Below are positions 21,746 to 32,720 of a DNA stretch of 64,000 bases, one piece after another. The notes beneath the pieces were generated by a model. It ran no database searches. It saw only the letters and a program-made list of their open reading frames with translations, and was not told the origin of the DNA. This stretch comes from Amphiscolops sp. MND2022 (lineage: Eukaryota), in assembly GCA_964187785.1 (NCBI GenBank), contig OZ076410.1:91326001-91390000 (forward strand). Direction: 5' to 3'. The translations under genes were made by a program, and so were the position numbers. Position 1 is the first letter of the stretch; each line of letters opens with the position of its first letter.

Positions 21746-22658
21746 GGTTACCAGTCACTTGGCTTAATACCATTTGGCCTAATTTTTTCGTCGTCATTTG
21801 GCTTAAAAATTTTAAGTCAAGTGACCACAAAATTAAGCCAACTCCATTCCACTCAAGGAATAAAGATGTCAACTCCCGGAAATATCATAATGTGGGGCAT
21901 ATGCGGTGTATGCACGCTCGCCCTCACCGTCGCAAAGACCAGCTCCCACTACGATCGCTTCGCGATCTTCGTTCCCGCTAGGTCTTTGCTCCTGTTCGAC
22001 CTCGCTTAGCAAGATGGGAATATAAGCGGCCCCAAGGGGCCGCAGGGCACTAGAGGAAATGGGGACATATCCGAGGGGTACTTGATATGACATGGGTGGG
22101 CGGAAATAGGTCGAAGGAACGGGATCGAAAATCAGAGTTAGTCCTCAGGTCGACATACCAAATTTTTTGAATGGGATCGAAACAACTCGGATCGAAGTTT
22201 TTATAACGTAGTCAGATATGTTCACAAACCCGTAGTGCCCTGAATGCAGGAGCGAAGCGAAGCGGAGCGACGTGCCATATGGCCATGCCTCAATGTTGCT
22301 ACTTGACGAAGGGAGCGAAGCGACCGAGCCATACAACAAATACGATAACAATCGACCGCATTCCATTCGATCCCTGCAATTCGATCAAAAGGTTCGACCT
22401 CAGTCCTTTTGACCAGATAAATTCGACCTATTTACAGCCACCCATATGAAATGTTATAATAATACGCTGACTACGTTATGAAGATAAATTCGACAAAATC
22501 TGCCACGTGTTTTCAACTAAGTGGTGTTAAGTCAAATGACTTTAAGCCAAGTGACCAATACCCGAGACACTTAGCTTGAAAAAATTAGGCCAAGTGACCA
22601 ATTGTATTAAGCCAAATGACTTTAAGACAAATGGCATTAAGCCAAGTGACCATTCACC
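21746..22658. mobile_element. MITE with TTAAGCCAAGTGAC-repeat arms, containing a nested family A MITE
   Basis: Termini GGTTACCAGTCACTTGGC / GCCAAGTGACCATTCACC; 8-bp flanks GTTCTTAT/GTTTTTAT (7/8). Confidence 0.65.
22094..22443. mobile_element. MITE family A copy 3 (inverted relative to copies 1 and 2)
   Basis: 9-bp flanks ATATGACAT/ATATGAAAT (8/9); the sequence is the reverse complement of 14110-14458. Confidence 0.88.
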
Positions 22659-22929
22659 GTTTTTATCGACTTGCGGCATCAGTATCGGTTCTGTTTGTAT
22701 TCTTCAGTAAACAGGTGTTGCATTTGTCCCACTTTTTGGTGTCTCGACATTCGTGAGGGCTATCAATGAATCGCATCTCGGGCAGATTCCTTTCTTTGGG
22801 ACGTTTTTTCGAAACGGAGGAATACTTTCCGGTGACGTTTTGGAGCAAATTTTCAAGTTCTTCTTCTATATGGCTTCTTGCGTGAAAATTTTGTCCCATT
22901 TCTTGCGTAAAAACCCTTTCTGTTGCGTA

Positions 22930-25330
22930 TAATGAAGCCTTTTCCTTTGTGATGGAAAACATGGATAGCATGATAACGGAAGCACCTACGAATGCTCTCC
23001 TAACATTTATGGTCCTAGTGAGAGGAGTTTGTGAAAATTCGATTCCACGGAAAACACTTTGTAAATATTCCAAACCAAACTGGAGCAGTAAATTGACTCA
23101 CTTTTCGAAAAAAAATTGGAAGATGCACGCAAAAAATATAGACTCCAGTGTAACCCGAAAAACAAAAACATTGTTGAAATGGCTGAAATCGACTTCAAAA
23201 TGGAAATGAAAAAGAATAATACCCGTTGAACGCAAAATGGCATCATACAAATGAATGAGGGAAACTCGAAAAGATTTTTCGATAATATCCGCAAATTCAA
23301 TGGATCAATGGATTAAAGAACATAGGAGTACTTCGTCACAAGGGTAAAACACTGGAAAAGGATTGTCATAAAGCTGCGCTCTTCCAACATATTTTCTTCG
23401 ATGGCGCACACTTTACTGGTAAACAATTTGCAACGCTTTTTATGAAAAAAAAAACAAAAATAGAAGTGAAAGAGAAGTTGGCTCACACCGTTGGGAATTA
23501 ATACAAGGAGGAGGCCAAGAATGATCTAAACATTCGTATAACAAGGAATGAACTTAAACAAGCCATAAAGAAAATGAAGACAAACAACAAGGGGGTGGAT
23601 CCTTATGGCCTTCAACCTAAACTAATAAAGGAATTCAAATTTAACACCATTTGCATATGTTTGCACTTAATAAACAGTGCATTCTTCATGGGGATTTGGC
23701 CATTTGATAAAATCATAGTTAAAGTCTTGAAATTATCTAGCAAAACAGAATTTTCTAATCCATCTTCATGGAGACCTATTTAAATTACATCCCATTTAGG
23801 AAAAGTAGTTGAACGAATGATAGATAGAAGACTAAGATCATCAGATATCCTCGACATTGGTGAACAACAATTTGGTTTTCAGCCGGGCAAATCAACTTTG
23901 CACTACTTATACAAATTATATCATGATGCCTTAGCAATCAAAAACTTACCAATAGCAACAGTATATGATCTAGAGAAAGCTTTTCATTCCGTAGATCAAA
24001 CTTTATTGCTAAGCAAGCTTATAAACAGTGGCTTAAATGGTCCAATGTTAGCTACTATAAAATCTTTTTTATCGAATCGGAAAGTCAGTATGTCCCTCTT
24101 AATGGTTTACCTCAGGGGGCTGTACTGTCGTCACTTTTGTTTATATTCAAAATGAAGGGCTTCCTACAAGATGCGGACTTAACATATAAGTATGCAGATG
24201 ACAGTACTTCTCTTTCAAGCAAAGAAAACCCAAGCACATCTTTAGAAAAGGCGGAAAACTATACAAACAAATGGAGGCAGGTGCTGAACAAAGACAAAAC
24301 TGAACATATAAATTTCTCAAAAGAAGTAATTCAGTCCTACTATAAAATTGTTGAGAGAAGTAAAATATGGTTTGAACCAGATTTGAGTTTCAAAACACAT
24401 GCTGCCAATATCTCTGCCTCAATGGTTAGTTTCTGGAAAGGAACTAGTATACTTATAACGCAAGGACAAAATCCATTTTACGCTGTACGTATCTTTGATT
24501 CATTTAGGAAACCACGTGTCACTTACTGTATGACTATTTGGTTTCATCAAAGTATGACATCTCTGGACAAGATGTGGTGGAGTGTTCAAAAATCTATCTT
24601 TGGGATAAGAAACTACCAAATATCAAAACACGTAGTTAGTGTTTTAAGTAATATTTGGCACCCTTCTCTACTTTACACTAATCAAGTATTATTGTTTCTA
24701 CATCAAGTTCTAGAAGTGCAGATATTCTAAACCCAGGTAGTTTATCAATCATACCCCAACATGATACTATGGTGAGATTATTTTTGGTAAGTACACAAAC
24801 TTTCAATTGTAGCAAAATATGCTAGACAATCCTCAGTCAGTACTTTTAAGAAAGAGATGGATGAGTATTGCAGGCACTTATGACAACGAGAAAGGAAGCA
24901 AGGTCTTATGTACTCAATTTACTCAGGGCCTAAAGTAAGAAATAGCATTATGAAAATAGTAGCACCATATCCTAGGAAAATTTCTGTCAAAATGCTACGT
25001 GTTCTATTGAAAGATTTTGAGGAACGCGAAGTATTATTCGGAAGTAATAAGAGCAAAACCGACATTTTTCCCTATTGTAGAGTTGTCAATGATACTTCCA
25101 ATTTCTTATTTTCCTGTGTCTCATACCAAGAACACCGAAGGAGTTTCATTAAGGAGCTTAGAAATCAAAAAGTTGACGAAACTCTAGTTAGTTTGCTAAA
25201 TTGCGAAAAGAAGCATGTTATAAGCTGGCTTTATTGCAAGCATCGATTAAGTCTTATAACCCTGCAATCCTCACTTGCCTTCCTTCTGTGCCAATTCTAT
25301 TATACTAATTTCTTTGTTCTGGAATGAATG
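22930..25330 (+). mobile_element. Degraded I-group-like LINE ORF2 (RT and C-terminus)
   Basis: Motifs SSWRPI*ITSHLGKVVERM; EQQFGFQ; YDLEKAFHSV; GLPQGAVLS; KYADD; degenerate C-terminal knuckle (PYCRV...FLFSCVSY). Confidence 0.8.
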
Positions 25331-25374
25331 ATAGAAAGTTATTCGTACTGCCACATCCCGAAGGTTAATTGATA

Positions 25375-25375
<1 letters not shown>

Positions 25376-25405
<30 letters not shown>

Positions 25406-25423
25406 CTTCTTCTTCTTCTTCTT
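25376..25423 (+). repeat. (CTT)16 microsatellite at the 3' end of an RTE LINE ((GAA)n on the element strand)
   Basis: 48 nt counted directly. Confidence 0.9.
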
Positions 25424-25630
25424 TCCTGTGTATTGCAAGATCTGCTTTGCTTTTGCATACTTTGTCACCGTACTCACATTGAAGAGTGTTGTCGGTTGGT
25501 TTCTTCGTCGATTCTCGTTTGTCACTCATGATTTCATTGGGTTGGGTCATGTGGCTCTGACCTTGTTGTCTCTCGTACTCTTCCAGATGTTTTGTTCTGT
25601 TCCTGGCGAAGGCTCTCCACTTGATTCTAT

Positions 25631-26053
25631 GGATTCTGGACGTTTCGGTGACAATATGGCGGCGGACGTTTCGGTGACAATATGGCGGCGGACGTTTCTC
25701 CAAAAAGCTAAAAACGTTCGTTTTGGAAGCGAAAATCTTCTAATATGGGGCATATGCTGTGTATGCACGCTCGCCTTCACCGTCGCAAAGACCAGCTCCC
25801 ACTTGGCAAGATGGAACATAAGCGGCCCCAAGGGGCCGCGGGGCACTAGAGGAAAGGGGGACATATCCGAAGCACGTATTACTCTTTCTATATGATATCT
25901 TCTATATGATGTATACAAAACCAAGTCTCCTGATAATCTATGTTGTAATCTTCATATATTTGTTTCCGTCCTTCCTACGGAGAGACCTTTCGGCGACAGT
26001 TTTCCTCCCACACTTTGTCGCCGAAACGTCTGTTGCCGAAACGTCTTGTTCCC
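25631..26053. mobile_element. MITE with GACGTTTCGG(T/C)GACA-repeat arms
   Basis: GG...CC termini and perfect 8-bp TSD GATTCTAT (25623-25630 / 26054-26061). Its core is shared with 21880-22075. Confidence 0.85.
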
Positions 26054-27405
26054 GATTCTATCGCTTGTCAGATGTTCAGTATTGTTGGGGTCCTCGTCGG
26101 CTTCTTCTACCAGTTTGCGCCAGTATGTTATGGTGATTCTGTGTAAGGAGTTTTCTCATTTTGATCTCTTCTTCTAGTTTGCTGTACTATCCCCACACTG
26201 CTTACGTCACAAGCCTGTCATCGTTCATTTTCAGAATGTGTCCCAATCTCAGGAGGTGGGTTTGTTCTATCTTCGTTCTGAGTGGAGTTACGTTCAGTTG
26301 TTCTCTGATGTCAGCCATATTTGGGTGTCTCTCGTCCATCTGGCGTAGAGGTTGGCCATTCTTGTCACTCCAGATGCAGCGATTGCTTTTGTCCATGAAG
26401 GTTGCATACTTTTGACCTCTTTCCCCGTGAAGGGGCGGACCGATGCATTGAAGAGTAAAGTGCTCTCCACCATGCAAGCGTCCACTACTTTGGCCTGAGT
26501 TCGCTTGGTCGAACAGCATTTCAGGAATCTCTTCTTGATTGTCACCAGTTCTTTTATGCATTTCAGGAAAGAATCCTCAAGATACTCCCAAACTTTCCTC
26601 GAAAATCGGTTGGTCGGAACACGACTAGAAGGGCGACTCAGTCATCAAGTACAGCCAAAACAATGTGTTCCCCAAGGCAGTGTGCTATCACCCCTACTGT
26701 TTATTTTCTATATAGCAGAAAAGCTTAGAAATACCACAGGTATCAAGTTTTCGGCCAGTCTTCTACTTTCGGCCAGTCTTCTTTCTCGGCTCCGGTCATC
26801 ATATCCTCCATCTTCGTTTTTGTTTCAACTTGGTATTTCCATGATATGTTTGGGTCACAAAAATTCTCCTAATCGATGCTTGGGCATCGCTTTTTGATGA
26901 ACCTCCGTTTTCTCGTTTTCAGAAGTTCACGCGACATTACAATCATCCCCGCGTTGTGGTCGGAGACGTTCCGGTAGTTTACTCTCTACATTTTGCGGAT
27001 TATCTTCTGTCTGTTTTTCCATCGCGTGGCAAAACCGTCTTGCTCGTACCACCTTTTTACACTCTTGTTGCAACACGTGCCTCTGAAGTTGTGTTGGTAC
27101 AGCGAGTTGATTCAAGCAAGCTCTGTTCTCTGTGAGTCAGTATAGAAGCTCTATGCCTTGCGCGTTAAACAATCGTAAGCCAAAACTGTTTTCTTTCTTA
27201 TCAATTTGGGCGTTGAAATTGCCGCCCATCAGGAAGAATTTTCCGTTTCCGTGCGTTGTCAATATTCGCTCTATTTCACTTCTCAGACTCTCTAAATCTT
27301 TCTCATGGTTTTCCGTTCCGACCACTGGTTGCTTATCTAAGAGAATTATTTATTGGTCTAGCTTAATCTCTGTGACTCTTTCTGTCGCGAGCCATTTGCG
27401 ACCAT

Positions 27406-29699
27406 TGTTACGACTTACGTTTGTGTCGTTATTTTGGGTAGAGTTTATCCTAACAACTTTAGTAGGGGTGTAAAAATCCCTCGTTTCCTTTTCTACTTCT
27501 TTTTCTGTATTTTCTCTTACGTTTTCCCTAGTTTCAGGTTTTAAAAGCTTCAACATCTCCTTCTGGGATTTTATGAGCAAATTCTTGATTTCCGACGTAA
27601 TTTCTTCCTTCAACGAGGCTCTAAGACTTTCCAAGAGGCTGTTCTCGATCCTAGGGGATTTTGGCCTCGAAGGACCCGCAACACTTACGTCCTGTTCAAG
27701 AGGACGTGAGTTATTCACTACTATTGGTGATACGAAACCTTCACTAATGTTTTCGATGCTCTGCTGTTGATTGTTTTTTCTCTTTTGACTCCTTGTTGTT
27801 GACATAATGATGAAGAAAGTTTGTTTCTCAAAAATTTCAATTTTGTCTTTCTGAATTTTGACAGGGTTGAGAATCAGAATGAAAATTAGGAAAAGCGAGT
27901 TGAAACAACTGAGTTATAGTGCTTGAAAGGGACTGAGTCACATTTTTCCGAATTTATACACTCCTAGCATTGTTTGATCACGACTAAAATCCCCAATTTT
28001 CCTCGAACATTTAGTCATTTCCTGTTTCATCGGTGAAAAAATCATTGAAATCCCAATTTTGCGTCGACATTTCGTCAAAACTTAAGACACGATAACAATT
28101 TTCAATATTAGTCACTTATCACGAGCATATCATTTCATCCCGGCGTCGTTTTTTTTCTCCCAAACAGGAAGTAGATATTACTTCAGTCTATCAAACCGGA
28201 AAAGATTCCCTGTTTTACTGTTTTGGTTCGCGGGAAATTGACGCTGAGATGACGCTGACGTGAACAACTAATGCTTGATTTTGGAATTCAACATGATCAA
28301 ATTCGATGACTAATTTCCAAAGTGTGAATATTTGAGCGACGCTAGGAAGTTATTTTAACGGTTTGGAGATGATAAGTATCAAATTAAAGACAAAATTTAG
28401 CATTCACAAGCATATATATGTATAGAGTAATAATTTATCACCATACATACTTGACGTGGTAATTGCGACAAGATTATGCTTTTAGTGATCACACCAACAC
28501 AATTAGTGGTTGTATGATAACAATTCCAAAAGTAGGTTTAGTAATTTTAACGAAGAATTAACGTACGAAATGTGATTACAAACTCAAACATTTTATGTAA
28601 TTTTAACAAATTGGGTATGAAGGTACAGTCCTTCAAAAAATAAATTTCTTGTACAAAATATTCTCAATGCGCTTCAGTCATGAATATAAACTGTGATAAA
28701 TGTTTATATAATCGCAAAAACTCAACAGGTATTAATTTTTAGGATATTTTCTTTATACCAGCAAAGTCTGACGACAAGTTGACGTATATTTCGAATATTA
28801 TCTCTTCTATCCTAATTTTGATAAATCCTAAGAGTACATGACTTTCCCGAGCTAGGATCATTAAACCAGCGCTTACTTCATTATTTTAGTTGGATTAAAA
28901 CGGTTATTTTGATGGATTTTGGACGTAGTGTGGACGTACGTTTTAGCATTAGCCTTAGTCTACCAAAGCAGTGGACGTAGCGTGGACGTAAATTTGGAAT
29001 GAAAATCAGTTGCCTGTCAGCATAGTGACGTCATATTGGCGGAAAACTGGAATGATTTCAAGCGACGTCACTAGTATAGGCGGTTAATTGGAATGGTTCT
29101 CTGGTAAGCACGGACGAGGCAGTGACGTCAATTCGTATGCCTTCAAATCTTGTCTGCGTCTTACTGACGACAAATATACATGTATTCTTGTTTCTATCGC
29201 CCCCATGTTTATTTAACGCAGTAATGACGTCCTAAATCACACTAATTGCTGTTCGAAAAGTAATCAAGCTGCCTTTCTTAGAAAAAGTTTATTCTCCGCC
29301 GTGCCATCTCAATGTATTTTCTATTTTAGATCTGATTGATGTTCTTTTTTGGAGATGGATTTGGATATGTTTTCATTTAGATTAGCTTATGCTCTCTTTG
29401 TTTTAAAGCATGTTTAGATTTAGTTTTCTGGTGGCGAATGTTGTTATTGACTGAAACGTCTTACCGGAAATGTGTGAGAACATTTTAGCTCATTTCATTC
29501 CCTAACTTTGTTTTTTAATATGAAATTCGTGCAAAGCGGACGTATGTTTCCGTATTTACAGTCACAGTTTATTTTAGTATTAGTTCGAGAATTTTAAGTT
29601 AATATCCAAAATACCACCTGGGGAATCTCAGACATCCGTGCCCTCTTCCGATTCCCACTCGTTTGCAGTGAGAGTCCAGACCGGGAGCGGGCTGTGACA
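27406..29699 (-). mobile_element. Solo LTR (2294 bp) of a Gypsy family, carrying a 400-nt Gag-leader ORF (MSTTRSQ..., 27805-27406)
   Basis: TG...CA termini (TGTCAC...GTAACA on the element strand) and perfect 5-bp TSD ACCAT (27401-27405 / 29700-29704). The paralogous RTE copy at about 31150-31190 shows the empty site. Confidence 0.88.
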
Positions 29700-30525
29700 A
29701 CCATGGGATTCCCACTAGACGTACATTTGTTCAGACAGGAGTACTGCCGTTTTTGGAAGTAGATCAGGTAGGAGATCTCCTTCTCGTGTTGGTACGAGCG
29801 TATCCACTTGTCGCGTGCGTTCAGTTCAATCAGGAGAGTAATGCTCCATTTTTCTGCCATGCATCGTTTGACTGGCTCTCCAAACCTTCTACTGAGAGGG
29901 TTCGCCTTGTTTACATTCCAGGTGGCTATCTTTATCTTGGTTCCTTCCAGTTTGTTCGTTAAGGAAATCTTTCGCTTCTCACTTTTTCTTTTCTCCGTTG
30001 TTTCCTTCACCACATCGTGTGTCCCGGCCCTGGACTGCTTTCGATTTATTTTTCCAGAACAATACTTTTATAAGCCCTCCGATTTCTTTGGTTCACAAAC
30101 GTTCCAAATCGGTTCGCCTCTTTTCTTTTTGAAGAGGTGGAATGGTCTGCTAATGCAGCTATCCTCTGTCCCAGTGAGTCTCTTGCAGTTGATTTCTGGT
30201 CTGTGGCCCTTGCCTGAATTTCTTTGTCGTCAGAGACGTGCACTAGGTACCTTGCGAGGAGGTTGAGTTTCATCACCCAGCGGTATACAGGGTCTGTCAG
30301 ATATCATGGATTTCCGTCATCGATCAAGTGCCATGTGTATCATCATGTTGGGGGGAGATGATACAACGGTTTTCATATTGCACAGTTGACTTCCTCTACC
30401 TGTATAGTATTGTAACTTCAATAGTTCAAATACATAACGGTCGAGAACATTCATGACTTGGCTGCTTTTGAACAATTCATCAGAAGGATATCTTCTGTTT
30501 TTGAAAAACAATACTTACTGAGAAC

Positions 30526-31960
30526 TTTTCGGCCAGTCTTCTACTTTCGGCCAGTCATCTTTCTCGGCTCCGGTCATCATATCCTCCAGCTTCGTTTTTG
30601 TTTCAACTTGGTATTTCCATGATATGTTTGGATCACGAAAATTCTCCTAATCGATGCTTGGGCATCGCTTTTTGATGAACCTCCGTTTTCTCGTTTTCAG
30701 AAATTCAGGCGACATGACAATCATAACCGCGTTGTGGTCGGAGACGTTCCGGTAGTCTACTCTCTACATTTTGCGGATTATCTTCTGTCTGTTTTTCCAT
30801 CGCGTGGCAAAACCGTCTTGCTCGTACCACCTTTTTACACTCTTGTTGCAACACGTGCCTCTGAAGTTGTGTTGGTATAGCGAGTTTATTCAAGCAAGAT
30901 TGTTCTCTGTGAGCCAGTCTAAAAGCTCTATGCCTTGTGCGTTAAATTATCGTAAGCCAAAACTGCTTTCCTTTTTATCAAGGTGGGTGTTGAAATTGCC
31001 TCCCATCAGGAAGAATTTCCTGTCTCCGTGCGTTGTCAATATTTCACTCCTCAGACTTTCTTCCAGATATTTCTCATGGTTTTCCGTTCCGGCCACTGGT
31101 TGGTAAACTGACAGAATTATGTTTTGGTCTAGTCTACTCCCTGTGACTCTTTCTGTCGCGAACCATTTCCGACCTTGGGATCCCCATAAGACGTACATTT
31201 GTTCAGACAAGAGTACTGCCGTTTTTGGAAGTAGATCAGGTAAGGGATCTGTTTCTCGTGTTGGTACGAGCGTATATCCTTGTCGCGTGCGTTCAGTTCA
31301 CTCAGGAGAGTGATGCTCCAATTTTCGGCGATGCATATTTTGACTTGCTCTCCAAATCTTCTACTGAAAGGGTTCGCCTTGTTTACATTGCATGTAAACT
31401 ATTCCAGCTATCTTTATCTTGGTTCCTTTCAGCTACTTATTCAAGGAAATCTTTCGCTTCTCTCTTTTTTTCTTTCTCCGTTGTTTCCTTCAACACATCG
31501 TGTGTCCCGGCCCTGGATTGCTTTCGATGATTTTTCCGGGAAAATATATTTATAAGCCCTCCGATGTTTTCGGTTTACAAACGTTCCAAATCTGTTCGCC
31601 TGTTTTCTTGTTGAAGAGGTGGACTGGTCGACTATTCCAGCTATCCTATGTTCCAGTGAGACTTTTCCAGTTGATTTCAAGGTCTGTGCCCTTAGCCTGA
31701 AATTTCGGGTCGTCAGAGACGTCCACTAGGCCCAATGCCGGGAAGTCAAGATTCATCGCCCAGCGTTATACAGGGTCTGTCAGATATCATGGATCTTCGT
31801 CATTGATCAAGTGCCATGTGTATCATCATGTTGGGGGGAGAAAACAAAAGGGTCTTGATATTCGGCCGTTGATTTCCTATACTTGTATAGTATTGTAACT
31901 TTAAAAGTTCAAATACGTAATTGTCGAGAACATTCTTGACTTGGTTGCTATTGAACAATT
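30526..31960 (-). repeat. Second copy of the RTE-endonuclease + CR1-tail segment (duplicate of 26748-27405 + 29705-30505)
   Basis: Colinear similarity starts at TTTTCGGCCAGTC in both copies; by eye roughly 85% identical. Confidence 0.85.
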
Positions 31961-32720
31961 CACCACGAACAATACGGAGAGTACAAACTAATACTTATTC
32001 AGTATAGTTTTTCTCGTACACCCATATATCAATAGTTTTTTATAAAGAATAGGTTTCATGTATGTGTTGTAAGATCCTATCCATTACAGAACTACTGGCG
32101 AAAAGCCTATGACGGTTAAAATACCAGTTGAGTTGAACGTGGAACATGTAGGTTAAGTATTTATCAAAAAGATACCCAGATACTCGGCTAATTCAGTACA
32201 GGTTTTCTCAGACCTAATAAACACCAAGTTGTCATCTGTCCAATTTAAGAAAAGACCCAATTCAGTTCCAGAATTGTTTCGACTAAATTTTTCCGTTGCC
32301 ATCCATTCAGGAATGTGTTCAACTTGATCTTGCAATGTAGGTGTTCCATTCTTTTTCACACGTAAAAACAAATAGCGGCATCCGCGAAGAAAAACGGAAT
32401 AATGTTTTTACATGAAATATGGAAATCATATTAAAAAAAAACAAAAAGCAGTTGTCCCAGAACATATTTTTGAGGAACACTACAATCAAGAAGTAATTGC
32501 TTTGAGACTGTATCTATCATTGAAACACATTGAGTCCGTTCATTTAGATATTATGTGAACCAATCCAAGCAGACCCCTCCGACAGCATATGCTTCAAATC
32601 CGTTCACTTAGATATCATGTGAACCAATCCAAGCAGACCCCTCTGACAGCATTTGCTTCAAGTTTGTGAAGAAGATACACGTGAATTATTGTATCAAACG
32701 TTTGTACCATAAAAACAGAC
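31770..32720 (-). mobile_element. Degraded CR1 RT/C-terminal fragment
   Basis: Paralogous to 14460-15190 (TLQDQVEHIPEWMA, EYLGIFL, VCLDW). Confidence 0.75.

Larger units (their letters stand above)
25423..30290 (-). mobile_element. RTE-clade LINE with internal RT deletion, split by MITE 25631-26053, a foreign plus-strand RT fragment (about 26600-26747) and solo LTR 27406-29699
   Basis: Motifs KIATWNV; FLMGGNFNAQI; VESTLLF; LGHILKMNDDRL; C-terminal CEY-DKVCKSKA-L-IH zinc-finger remnant. Confidence 0.8.

Noticed and set aside
22026-22053. True Helitron 3' terminus
   Set aside because: Homology between the copies continues past CTAG and the next base is A, not T. It is kept only as part of the shared-core finding.
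25271-25703. Poly-Lys and poly-Glu ORFs as proteins
   Set aside because: They result from translating the (CTT)16 microsatellite and RTE/MITE debris.
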